A stretch of 64,000 bases of DNA from an uncultured bacterium (GCA_963819815.1 CAWFXL010000001.1:704001-768000); one strand, 5' to 3'. Counted from the first letter of the stretch, positions 32,540 to 41,986 are shown. The notes: generated by a model from the letters alone, not told the origin. Numbers and translations: made by a program.

Positions 32540-33774
32540 AAAATCTCTTTATTCTATACATCCTCTTGGTAGGATGTGAAATACCCTGCAATGCGGCAGA
32601 GTCATCTAGCCTAGTGCGGGTTGAATCAAGTGCCCCAAATACTACTTATGAAGATAAGCTGGACTCATTCTTCAACGTGTTACAATGGCGCCAGGACAAG
32701 TCTGAAGATGAGGCTATCGACGAGACTTGTGAATTACTTGGTCTTGGAATGAGTGTCAATGCAAGAGGATTACTACAAAGGACTCTTCTCATGGGCGCTG
32801 TTGTGCGAAATTTTAGAAATTTAGTGGAACTGCTGCTCGCTGAGGGTGCCGATCTAAGCCTTCGGGATGTGGATGGGATGTCCGCACTTATGCTTGGCGC
32901 CTATCATGGTCATGCAGAACTATGTAAGCTTCTCATTGATCATATGGAACGCAAAAATAAGGAGAAGCGCCAGTATGGTGCCATTGCACGGAAATTCCAG
33001 GAGCGAATCGGTATGTGTGATATCAAAGGAGCATTACACGTGCTAACAGGTTATGATCAGGACACTATAGATACTCGAGATACGTATGAAATGACGGCAC
33101 TTATGTATGCAGCACGTAGTTTAGACAGAGCTACGATTGCTGTACTGGTACAGCACGGAGCTCAAGTTAATGCACAAAACAGGTCGGGCCACACTCCTCT
33201 TATGCAGGCTTGTGGAGTTAACATACCCACTGTAGAACGCTCCTGGCCTTCTATACATAGATCGCAACTCACTTTGAGCGAAGCAAGTGCTGCAGGTGTA
33301 GAAGCCTGCACAGAATTGCTTAAAAGCGGTGCACATATAACAATTCTTGATAATGCTGGCCACTCAGCACTGATTCATGCTGCAGCTCACTTGCGGGAAG
33401 ATGTCTGCACATTGTTATTAGCTCATGGAGCTGAAATTATAGTCTTAAGGCCGGATATAAGATCACACTACACTAACGATTTTATGCTAGCTGCTCTTTA
33501 TGGTAGAGAAAATTGCATGACCGTATTGCTCAAGGCAGGTATGCCCATAAATGCGCAAAACTCTGGTACAACAGCTCTTCACAATGCAGCCTCTGGAGGC
33601 AATCTAGGGTGCATCTCTAAGTTACTCGATGCTGGAGCAGATACAGAACTGAGAGACAATGAGGATTATACTCCCCTGCAAATAGCAGCTCAAAAGGGAC
33701 AAAAAAATGCTGCTGCTGTTTTACGAGAGCATGACAAAGCAAGAGCTCGGCGTTGCCAAAATAATAAAATATAA
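32536..33774 (+). CDS. Ankyrin-repeat protein with signal peptide
   Basis: Same leader (MKNLFI..IPC.AAESS) and ankyrin motifs; ATGA overlap with previous stop. Confidence 0.93.
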   Translation: MKNLFILYILLVGCEIPCNAAESSSLVRVESSAPNTTYEDKLDSFFNVLQWRQDKSEDEAIDETCELLGLGMSVNARGLLQRTLLMGAVVRNFRNLVELLLAEGADLSLRDVDGMSALMLGAYHGHAELCKLLIDHMERKNKEKRQYGAIARKFQERIGMCDIKGALHVLTGYDQDTIDTRDTYEMTALMYAARSLDRATIAVLVQHGAQVNAQNRSGHTPLMQACGVNIPTVERSWPSIHRSQLTLSEASAAGVEACTELLKSGAHITILDNAGHSALIHAAAHLREDVCTLLLAHGAEIIVLRPDIRSHYTNDFMLAALYGRENCMTVLLKAGMPINAQNSGTTALHNAASGGNLGCISKLLDAGADTELRDNEDYTPLQIAAQKGQKNAAAVLREHDKARARRCQNNKI

Positions 33775-33802
33775 GCTTTCTGAAGCGCTTCTTAGCATGG
33801 AG

Positions 33803-34528
33803 TTACCAAGAGTGCAACTCACCTTTAACAAATCCCGCTAAATACTTTAGCTTTTCAGAATTTGCCTGTACCTCTTTGGTTGAAGCAACTTCTATGATTT
33901 TGCCATCCTTCATAAGATAGATGGTACCCTCGACTGTATCATTAAGTACCAGATCCATATCATGAGTGGCCACCATCACAATGTGGCCCTCATCAGCTAA
34001 CTGTTGAATTTGTTGGGCAACATGACTTGTTAAATAGGGGTCCAAGGCAGACGTCGGTTCATCAAGGCATATAACATAGGGATTAGTAGCTAACGCACGA
34101 GCAATGGCTAGTCGCTGTTTTTGCCCTCCTGATAAACTACTAATTGCTGCTGATCCCTTATGCTCAAGCTTATATTTCTTGAGAAGCTCTTGCGCTATTC
34201 GATCAGCTTCATGTGCACTTTTATGATACACATGCTCGAGCGCTAAGGTGATATTCTGCTTCACGGTAAGATGGGGAAAGAGATTAAAGTGCTGGAAAAC
34301 CAAGCTTATTACTTTATGCACATTCGCTTTATCTAACGTCTTATTATCAAGAGTAATCGTTCCTGCAGAACAGTGCTCAAGCTCATTTAAAATACGCAAT
34401 AATGTCGACTTTCCTGCACCAGACTCTCCTAATAAAAAGGCGACATGTCCTGCAGGAATCTCCAAAGAAATATCGGTGAGTATCGGCTTGTTATTGATTG
34501 CTTTAGAGACATTATTAATTTTTAACAT
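33803..34528 (-). CDS. Polar amino acid ABC transporter ATPase
   Basis: GESGAGKST, VFQHFNLFPH, LSGGQKQR, DEPTSALDP. Confidence 0.95.
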   Translation of the reverse strand: MLKINNVSKAINNKPILTDISLEIPAGHVAFLLGESGAGKSTLLRILNELEHCSAGTITLDNKTLDKANVHKVISLVFQHFNLFPHLTVKQNITLALEHVYHKSAHEADRIAQELLKKYKLEHKGSAAISSLSGGQKQRLAIARALATNPYVICLDEPTSALDPYLTSHVAQQIQQLADEGHIVMVATHDMDLVLNDTVEGTIYLMKDGKIIEVASTKEVQANSEKLKYLAGFVKGELHSW

Positions 34529-35177
34529 ACCAACTCATCTTTCGTTCGATGTATTTAAAGAGCAACTCTGAGACGGACGTGAGCAGGAGATAAAAAAGCG
34601 CCACAAGACAGAAAATAGTTATCACGTCATATGTTTGGTTCATAATAGCTCGCGCTTCTTTATACAGCTCCATAACACCAATCACCGAAGCAAGACTAGA
34701 ATCTTTCAGCAGCGTGATGTACTCCCCTACCAATGCAGGAAACATGATTCGTATTGCCTGTGGAATGACTATATAACGCCCTATCTGCCATGAACTAAAG
34801 CCGAGCACTCGCGCCGCTTCAATTTGTTCATTACCAACGCCAATAATGCCTGATTTTATAATCTGACTCATAAAGGCACTCGCATTAATAGCGATGGCAC
34901 AGATAGCGGCCCAAAATGGAGAAAGCTCTAGGCCGAGCAAAGGTAAAACATAGTAAAAAAACGTTATTTGAATAAGCATAGGGGTACCACGAATCAACGT
35001 AACATAGAGAGTAATAGGAATCCGCACCAAAGCATTCTGGAGCGTATGCAAATATCCTAAGAGCACTCCTAAAGCAAAACCAAGAGCATACGATATGAGG
35101 GTAATTTGCATCGTTATCCAAGCCCCTTGCACTAAGCTAGGAACTGAGGTTAAAGCAAGCGTTATATCAAAAGCCAT
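34515..35177 (-). CDS. Polar amino acid ABC transporter permease
   Basis: IRGTPMLIQ, EAARVLG, LLKDSSLASVIGV. Confidence 0.95.
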   Translation of the reverse strand: MAFDITLALTSVPSLVQGAWITMQITLISYALGFALGVLLGYLHTLQNALVRIPITLYVTLIRGTPMLIQITFFYYVLPLLGLELSPFWAAICAIAINASAFMSQIIKSGIIGVGNEQIEAARVLGFSSWQIGRYIVIPQAIRIMFPALVGEYITLLKDSSLASVIGVMELYKEARAIMNQTYDVITIFCLVALFYLLLTSVSELLFKYIERKMSWYVKN

Positions 35178-35178
35178 G

Positions 35179-35298
35179 TCATTCCTTTAACAGTTGCTTA
35201 ATTGCGTGTTGATAGATAGACCGCTCATGCACTACCCAACTGAGAATCACTGAAGTATCTAAACCGCCACTATAGGCTAAAATAACTTTCTTTTTCAT
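35179..35298 (-). pseudogene. argG: argG remnant (39 aa; deletion scar)
   Basis: GAGGA RBS, then MKKKVILAYSGGLDTSVILSW (argininosuccinate synthase N-terminal signature) joined to an unrelated 18-aa tail. Confidence 0.85.
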
Positions 35299-35310
35299 TG
35301 AATTCCTCTG

Positions 35311-36063
35311 TTAAAAATTGAGATGCCACTTCTTTTTAAGGTTATCTAAGATCCCATCTCGTTCTAAAGCAGTAAGAGCTTGTTGAATCTGTTCAAACAC
35401 TTCTGGATATACTTTTGGTACGGCTAGTGCATAGCTATCCGATACAGAAAGCGTAAGGATGCTAAACTTTTCAATCCCATAGAGATCAAAAAAAGGTTGT
35501 ACCGCTGAGCGCGAAGACACATAGGCATAGGCACGACCATTGAGTACCGCAAGAAATGCTTCTGCAGGAGTTGCTAAACTTCTTAGATCAATTCCCTGCT
35601 GCTTTTTCATATAGCTCTCTGAAGAATAACCATCATTAACTATCACCTCTTTGCCCTGAAGATCCTCAATGCTTTTAGGCGACGAGGCGGCTAAGGTAAT
35701 AACCACTAGTGGATCATTGGCCAAATAAAGCTTGGTAAAAAAAACTTTTTTGCTCCGTTCTGGCGTTGGCGTCAAACCTGCAGCAATGACCTCGATCCTA
35801 CCTGATTGTGCTTCAATCAAGAGCGAATCAAAAGCCATATCTTTAAAGATAATTTCTTTGCCAAGATAGGTGCCTATCGCGTTTACGATATCGATTTCAA
35901 AACCAACGATGGCGCCGTTCTCTCGATACTCAAAGGGAGGAAAGGCAGGATTAGTTCCAACCACGAGAACATTTTGATTGGGTGCTTCATCTTTTTTGTA
36001 GCAATAGAGTACCGCGATCAAACCAGTAATACCTAGAAACAAGGCTATGAGTATCTTCTTCAT
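35311..36063 (-). CDS. Polar amino acid ABC substrate-binding protein, probably arginine
   Basis: VGTNPAFPPFE, GFEIDI, TPERSKKVFFT; directly downstream of argR. Confidence 0.9.
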   Translation of the reverse strand: MKKILIALFLGITGLIAVLYCYKKDEAPNQNVLVVGTNPAFPPFEYRENGAIVGFEIDIVNAIGTYLGKEIIFKDMAFDSLLIEAQSGRIEVIAAGLTPTPERSKKVFFTKLYLANDPLVVITLAASSPKSIEDLQGKEVIVNDGYSSESYMKKQQGIDLRSLATPAEAFLAVLNGRAYAYVSSRSAVQPFFDLYGIEKFSILTLSVSDSYALAVPKVYPEVFEQIQQALTALERDGILDNLKKKWHLNF

Positions 36064-36068
36064 ATCAT

Positions 36069-36539
36069 TCACTCTGTTGTTTGAGATTTCTTAAAATGAA
36101 CACTTTGACAAACAGCTTCAAAAACTTTTTGTATATTTTTTACGGATTTTGGCGTAACCAACACGACATTTTCTCCTGCCAACGTTGCAAGAACTCCTGT
36201 ATCAGTTTGCTGATCAAGAAAGTCACCAACAAATGGGGCCAGTCCACCTAATGTTTTAACAACAATCATCGATTCATTATGCACAATATCAAGCACTCCA
36301 AGACGCATGATTTCTTGCTTAACATTAATCTCCTTAAGCTCATAAATCATGGCATCTTTAAATCTATACTTGGTGACACCAAGTTCTCGCAAGTCACGAG
36401 AAACAACGGATTGATTGGTTACAATGCCATAGTCCTTTTTAAGGAGGTCGACCAACATATCCTGGTTTTCCACTGGATACTTCTTAATGAGGTCTTTAAT
36501 AGCCTCTTTGCGCGCCTGTAAATTCTCCATAGTAGCCAT
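36069..36539 (-). CDS. argR: Arginine repressor
   Basis: TNQSVVSRDLRELG, IVVKTLGG, ATLAGEN. Confidence 0.93.
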   Translation of the reverse strand: MATMENLQARKEAIKDLIKKYPVENQDMLVDLLKKDYGIVTNQSVVSRDLRELGVTKYRFKDAMIYELKEINVKQEIMRLGVLDIVHNESMIVVKTLGGLAPFVGDFLDQQTDTGVLATLAGENVVLVTPKSVKNIQKVFEAVCQSVHFKKSQTTE

Positions 36540-36559
36540 AGTGCAACTCCTTTATAAAG

Positions 36560-36590
36560 TGAATCTTTATTCAATTCAATCTTTTGTCAA
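36560..36590 (-). promoter_or_regulatory. ARG box within a proximal argR promoter
   Basis: TGAATCTTTATTCA at 36560-36573; TTGACA at 36590-36585. Confidence 0.7.
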
Positions 36591-36656
36591 CTTACCAACA
36601 ACAACCAATCGCAGCTGCCCGCCTTGATCGGATGTGGATTATTATTCTTTATATTG

Positions 36657-36688
36657 TGAATTATAATTCATTTTGTGGGTGAAGTCAA
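36657..36688 (-). promoter_or_regulatory. Consensus promoter with a perfect ARG box over the -10
   Basis: TTGACT (36688-36683), 17 bp, TATAAT (36665-36660); palindrome TGAATTATAATTCA at 36657-36670. Confidence 0.85.
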
Positions 36689-36942
36689 GGACTAAAAAGA
36701 AGCTGGAAATATATAAATCGTGGAAGGGAGACTAAAGGCGTCCTTAAAGGCACTCTCGTTAGGCGAACAACCAAAAAGGCTCCCTGGTCAACGCATTTCA
36801 CCTAGGCATATAACATTGCACTCAACTGATCGATCAGCGTGGGCCCTACCAAGAAGACTGACAAGGTTCGTGAAAAAGAATGCGAGACGTGAGAAGAAAG
36901 ATAGGAATACGATCAGACCATCTGAACAAAATCTTCATGAAG

Positions 36943-36972
36943 AACGGCTGCTCTTGTAATGAAGCAGCCGTT
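36943..36972 (-). terminator. Hairpin after the APC permease
   Basis: AACGGCTGCT-10 nt-AGCAGCCGTT, 11 bp past the stop. Confidence 0.6.
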
Positions 36973-36983
36973 TCTCTTACTTG

Positions 36984-38276
36984 TTAGGCAGGACGCGAGT
37001 CACTTTTTCTCTTATAGAGAAGCCCACCAATCGCAAGACAAGCTAGGTATGGCAGTGCAAAGTGAATTCTGTTAATACCAAGGCAATAGATACAATAGAA
37101 TGCAAGACCAAGAACTAATGCTATAGACACATAGGTCAAAGGTACTTGAGATGCTTTACCTCTTTGGCGCTGAAGAACACTCAATGAAATGAGCGGCAGA
37201 ATAAACGACAAGAAGACGCCCAAGTTACTTAAAATACCTACAACAGGAATAATTGGTATAAAAGTTGCTACGCAGAAAGCGATCAATGCAAGCAGCACGA
37301 TTGCAACCCATGGACGATACCACGAGGTCTCGCGACGCAATGCATGAGAAAACTGAAAAAGATCCTGTTCCGCCATCGCATGAAGAACGGTAGCATTCGC
37401 ATTCAAAAGCCCTGCTGCTGCAGCAAAAAGCATTAATGCAGAAGCTGTTGGAATAACGATTTTCATAAGCGTTTTGAAATAAGGGATCGGCAGTGTTAGG
37501 AAATCTGCAAACGAAGAAGCTTGTTGTGTAGCAAGCTCTATTGGTCCCATAATGTTCAAAACCCCCAAAGTAAAGAGCGTATAGAGAAGCGCTGTAATAA
37601 TAAAACCTGTAAGGATCGCAAGAGGCGCATTACGCTCACTATTTTCAATATGCTGGCTAATTGAGCAGCAGTACTCAAATCCTAGGTAACCGAATATTGC
37701 CATGGGCATGGAAAAAGGAACTGCGAGCAACTCGGCTGAGGTCACCGTAAACGAAGGATCCATAATAAACGGCAACAGTAGTATAACCGATACGATCGGA
37801 ATAATTTTTGAGATCGTTAATGAGTTGAGAATCCTACTATAGAACTTCAAACTTAAGAGATTCAACCCAACTAACGTAAGAATAGTCACCACATTAAAGA
37901 GCAGTGGGTTTGCTGTAAACCAGGTCCAATTGGGGCCTAAGGCACCCAATAAAGTACCCCGCAAAGCCATCGTTTCAACCGCTATCGCAAAGGTATACCC
38001 GACAACATAGAGTAATCCACTCCAGAATCCAGCCGTCGTATTAAGACCAGCTTTTGCGTATCGATAAAAGCCTCCTGCTCCTGGGCTATAACGGCTCATT
38101 TGCACCGTACTTAACACAATAGGTAAAAACAGTAAAGCAACCAGTAACCAGGTAATAAAGCTCGCATTTCCCGCCACCGCAGCCATATATCCAGGTCCAA
38201 TTAAAATCCCTGATCCAACCATAATATTGATATTCATCAATATAGCAGTCGTCAACGAAATTTTGTGTTGCTTCAT
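36984..38276 (-). CDS. APC-family amino acid permease
   Basis: NIMVGSGI, GGFYRYA, FGYLGFE, ERNAPLAI; about 12 TM; start set to ATG 38276. Confidence 0.9.
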   Translation of the reverse strand: MKQHKISLTTAILMNINIMVGSGILIGPGYMAAVAGNASFITWLLVALLFLPIVLSTVQMSRYSPGAGGFYRYAKAGLNTTAGFWSGLLYVVGYTFAIAVETMALRGTLLGALGPNWTWFTANPLLFNVVTILTLVGLNLLSLKFYSRILNSLTISKIIPIVSVILLLPFIMDPSFTVTSAELLAVPFSMPMAIFGYLGFEYCCSISQHIENSERNAPLAILTGFIITALLYTLFTLGVLNIMGPIELATQQASSFADFLTLPIPYFKTLMKIVIPTASALMLFAAAAGLLNANATVLHAMAEQDLFQFSHALRRETSWYRPWVAIVLLALIAFCVATFIPIIPVVGILSNLGVFLSFILPLISLSVLQRQRGKASQVPLTYVSIALVLGLAFYCIYCLGINRIHFALPYLACLAIGGLLYKRKSDSRPA

Positions 38277-38607
38277 GAGGAAACCTTTCTGGTAAGCTCT
38301 ACATAGGCGCATTCGGATATCACAAAAAGATGAACAGGCCTTCAGAGCGTTTATGAGGGATCTTTTACTTTTCCTAGTACGGGAGCACTTTAATAGCAAA
38401 AGACATTGTTACAGCATATCAGGTTAAAAAAATACGTAAAGCCAGTGTTAATTGGGTGGCTGTGTAGGCCACACTTGATAGATTCGTGCTTTTCACTAGC
38501 CACTCGATCATACTTTTGGTACACTACTAAAAAAATGAAGCTTGTATGAGATACCAGGCAAAGGTGCTCCTGTAGACACACCTAACATCTAAAGCAATGG
38601 TTATGCC

Positions 38608-39009
38608 ATGAAATCATTCCGTACAGCTTTTACCAGCCCCATCTTTCTCAAAGTTTCATCCCTTATCTTAGGGTTTCTTCTCTGGTCCTCCGTAAGCGAG
38701 CTCTTTCCTCGCACGCTGTGGGTAGCGGTCCCTATTTCTTTTTACAATAAAGACTTGCGCGCAATTAGCGCACCAGAATCGGTTCATATTGAGTTGAGCG
38801 GCAAACGATCCCATATTAAACGTATTGATACTCATAATCTGGCAGTTCATATCGATGCACAAATATTGCACACGGGAGACAATCACCTAGCGATTACCCA
38901 TGAGCAGCTTCTAATGCCTCCAAGCATAACGGTAGCAACAGTAATCCCACAAAAAGTTGTGGTACAAGTAACTCAGGCACCTCCTGTACGTAAAGGAGAG
39001 GTCTCATGA
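38608..39009 (+). CDS. CdaR/YbbR-like protein, single domain
   Basis: LKVSSLILGFLLW anchor, VPI, P.SV.I.LSG, AVHIDA; overlaps glmM start. Confidence 0.75.
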   Translation: MKSFRTAFTSPIFLKVSSLILGFLLWSSVSELFPRTLWVAVPISFYNKDLRAISAPESVHIELSGKRSHIKRIDTHNLAVHIDAQILHTGDNHLAITHEQLLMPPSITVATVIPQKVVVQVTQAPPVRKGEVS

Positions 39010-40331
39010 ATCTATTCGGCACCGATGGCATCAGAAACAAAGTAGGCGCCTACCCTTTGACCCAAGAAGCGCTCCCCCTTTTAGGCAAGGCACTAGCACT
39101 CTGGTCCCAAGAAAAATATGGCCAAAATGACTCTCAAGCGTGCTTTCTTATCGCACAGGATACTCGCTATTCAGGACCCTGGATCAAAGCTGGACTTATG
39201 GCAGGCCTTCTTCGCTATCCTCTTACCATTTATGATGTAGGGGTTTTGCCAACACCGGGGGTATTTAATCTCATGCAAGAAGATAGCCGCTTTACCGGAG
39301 GAATTATTATCTCAGCATCTCATAACCTAGCTGAAGATAATGGTATTAAATTAGTGGATGCACGTTCAGGCAAACTATCAGCATATGATGAAAAAAGAAT
39401 TTGCGAGCTCATGAACCAACAAGGTACCGAACAGGACTTTGCCCAGCTGGGGAAAGAAATATCATTTGCGCAAGCAAAAACCCTCTACCGGAAAAATCTC
39501 CTTCGCTTATTCAGTCCCGGCTTTCTTACAGGTAAAACGATTGTTCTTGATTGTGCCAATGGAGCAAGCTCAGTGATAGCACCACAACTTTTTCGTGAGC
39601 TTGGAGCAACAGTTATTGCTATCCATAATGATCCTGATGGGTTCAACATAAATAGAAACTGTGGAGCAACCTCGCCTGAATCACTTCAAAAAGCTGTCGT
39701 TGCTCATGAGGCTTTCATCGGTTTTGCCTTTGATGGTGATGCTGATCGTATCATGGCCGTAAACCGTAATGGAGAAATCAAGGATGGCGATGACCTGCTT
39801 GCTATACTGCAGACACACCGTGACTACAAAGAAGAACGCGCGTTAGTAGGTACCGTTATGGCTAACTATGGGCTCACCGCCCATCTTATGCCTCTCGAGA
39901 AAAAGCTTCTTAGAACCCAGGTAGGAGATAAACATATTCTTGAGATGCTCGATACTGAGAACCTTAATCTCGGTGGAGAGCCCTCAGGCCATATCATCTT
40001 AAAGAATATTATTCGGACAGGCGATGGCATGCTCGTTGCTCTGAAAGTTTTAGAAACGGTTATTCAAACGGGAAATGAAACCCTTGAGAGTTTCACAAAG
40101 TTCCCCCAAATCATTATTAACGTGCCAATCAAGCACAAAATGGATCTCAATGAGCCACCTCTTTCTACATTTATAGCAGCGCAGAAAGAACAGCTCAGTG
40201 CTGGACGGCTACTCGTTCGTTATTCAGGAACTGAGCCCCTGGTTCGGGTACTTGTTGAAGGCAGAGACCTTGAAAAGGTTAAAGATAGTGCGCACATAGT
40301 CGCGAAGTATCTCCAGGAAGTTCTTTCCTAA
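39006..40331 (+). CDS. glmM: Phosphoglucosamine mutase
   Basis: FGTDGIR, ISASHN, FDGDADR, GGEPSGH, RYSGTEP. Confidence 0.96.
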   Translation: MNLFGTDGIRNKVGAYPLTQEALPLLGKALALWSQEKYGQNDSQACFLIAQDTRYSGPWIKAGLMAGLLRYPLTIYDVGVLPTPGVFNLMQEDSRFTGGIIISASHNLAEDNGIKLVDARSGKLSAYDEKRICELMNQQGTEQDFAQLGKEISFAQAKTLYRKNLLRLFSPGFLTGKTIVLDCANGASSVIAPQLFRELGATVIAIHNDPDGFNINRNCGATSPESLQKAVVAHEAFIGFAFDGDADRIMAVNRNGEIKDGDDLLAILQTHRDYKEERALVGTVMANYGLTAHLMPLEKKLLRTQVGDKHILEMLDTENLNLGGEPSGHIILKNIIRTGDGMLVALKVLETVIQTGNETLESFTKFPQIIINVPIKHKMDLNEPPLSTFIAAQKEQLSAGRLLVRYSGTEPLVRVLVEGRDLEKVKDSAHIVAKYLQEVLS

Positions 40332-40352
40332 GGTTGAAGCGGGGACACTTTA

Positions 40353-40467
40353 CAGAAAGAAGACCTTGTTTTTGTTCACTTCTCTCAAAAAGAAGCCCTT
40401 GTTTTTATAGCTTTTTACAAAAAGAAGGCCTTCTTTTATTGACTTTAGACCATTCTTAGCCTATAGT
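40353..40467 (+). promoter_or_regulatory. Three phased palindromic boxes followed by a sigma70 promoter
   Basis: AAAGAAG(A/C/G)CCTT(G/C)TTT at 40356, 40389, 40421; TTGACT 40439-40444, 17 bp, TATAGT 40462-40467. Confidence 0.88.
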
Positions 40468-40491
40468 ACCAGTAATTACAAAGGATATCCT

Positions 40492-41859
40492 ATGCAAAGA
40501 ACTGGAATAAGCTTCCTACAAAATTGGCTCCACTCCTCTAAGCGGTTGCCTCTTATCATCAGAGGTGCACGGCAAGTGGGTAAAACATGGCTTGTCAGAG
40601 AATTTGCCGCATCTCAAAATAAGAGATTAATAGAGGTGAATCTCGAAGATATCCCCGAAGTATTACCCGCATTTTCTTCGAATGATCCTCAGGTCATTCT
40701 TCAAAAATTAAGTTCCGCTTTTGAAACCACCATAGATCCTTCTGAGTCACTCTTGTTTATAGATGAGATACAAGAAGCTCCAGAAGTTTTCTCAAAGTTA
40801 CGTTGGTTTGCTGAAAAAATGCCTGAGTTGCCCGTTATTGCAGCAGGATCTCTTTTAGAATTTGTTCTTGGGAAAGCTCAGATAAGTATGCCTGTAGGAC
40901 GAATCAACTACATGTACTTAGAACCCTTGTCATTTGAGGAATTTTTGCTGGCTCATGGAAGAGATAACCTCGTCGCTCAGATGAAAGAGTTCACCTTCAA
41001 GTCGGGCATCTTAGAACTTACTCACCAAAAGCTTATATCATTATTTAAAGAATATCTGATCGTAGGTGGGATGCCTGCAGCAGTAGATATTTGGTCGAGT
41101 AGTCGCTCTTTTGAAGCCCTTAGTCAAAAGCATCGGGATATTCTCCGTTCCTATCGAGACGACTTTGGTAAATATGGCGGAAGGATCCCCTCAGCTCGTT
41201 TTAATGAAATCGTAGATACAGTTCCCAAAGATTTAGGTAGAAAATTTGTCTATAGTTCAGTAAGCAGAAAGGTAAGTATCCCTATAATTAAGGAAACTCT
41301 GGCGCTTCTCTGCCAAGCGAGAGTTTGTCATAAAGTCTCAGGTGTTGCGGCTAATGGTATTCCCCTCGCAGCAGAGCCACTTAATCATTATCTTAAAGTT
41401 ATTCTTCTTGACGTTGGTTTAAGTTCGGCTGAACTTGGCCTTTCATTGAGTGAGCTTGATACGATGGAAGAGCTTGATTTAATCAATAAGGGTGGCATTG
41501 CAGAACAAGCAGTAGGTCAACTGTTACGTACCACTTTCCCTTTCTATCAAGAACCAGCCCTCTATTATTGGGTAAGCACTGACAAAGGAGCTTCAGCGGA
41601 AATTGATTATGTCATACAGCATGGGAGCAAAGTCATGCCCGTCGAGGTGAAAGCCGGTAGTTCAGGAAGCTTAAAGTCCTTACATCATTTTATGCATCTA
41701 AAGAAACTTTCACGGGCAGTCCGAATAAATTCAGGGCTACCTTTGTTATCAGATATCAACGTCCAAGATACTCAGGGTAATCCCGTCAAATACAAACTTC
41801 TTTCAATCCCCCTGTATCTTACCGGAGAACTTCATCGGTTACTTCAAGAGACAGCTTAG
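40492..41859 (+). CDS. AAA_14 ATPase with DUF4143 / PD-(D/E)XK C-terminus
   Basis: RGARQVGKT, FIDEIQ, AAGS, PVGR, PLSFEEF, VGGMP, EIDYV...PVEVK. Confidence 0.9.
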   Translation: MQRTGISFLQNWLHSSKRLPLIIRGARQVGKTWLVREFAASQNKRLIEVNLEDIPEVLPAFSSNDPQVILQKLSSAFETTIDPSESLLFIDEIQEAPEVFSKLRWFAEKMPELPVIAAGSLLEFVLGKAQISMPVGRINYMYLEPLSFEEFLLAHGRDNLVAQMKEFTFKSGILELTHQKLISLFKEYLIVGGMPAAVDIWSSSRSFEALSQKHRDILRSYRDDFGKYGGRIPSARFNEIVDTVPKDLGRKFVYSSVSRKVSIPIIKETLALLCQARVCHKVSGVAANGIPLAAEPLNHYLKVILLDVGLSSAELGLSLSELDTMEELDLINKGGIAEQAVGQLLRTTFPFYQEPALYYWVSTDKGASAEIDYVIQHGSKVMPVEVKAGSSGSLKSLHHFMHLKKLSRAVRINSGLPLLSDINVQDTQGNPVKYKLLSIPLYLTGELHRLLQETA

Positions 41860-41986
41860 CCTGAGATATCCAAAGTATAAGCTTCTTTTTTCGATAAACC
41901 TCCTCAACCTCAATCCTTTTTTTAGTTAAATTGCTATACTTACAATAAACCACTCTATTTTGAATCTGCCATGTTAGGAATCTGTC

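Noticed and set aside
36720..36959. 79-aa ORF or ncRNA between argR and the APC gene
   Set aside because: No clear RBS, recognisable motif or convincing structure
38277..38600. Riboswitch upstream of the APC permease
   Set aside because: No recognisable lysine, glycine or SAM aptamer motifs; an Rfam scan is needed
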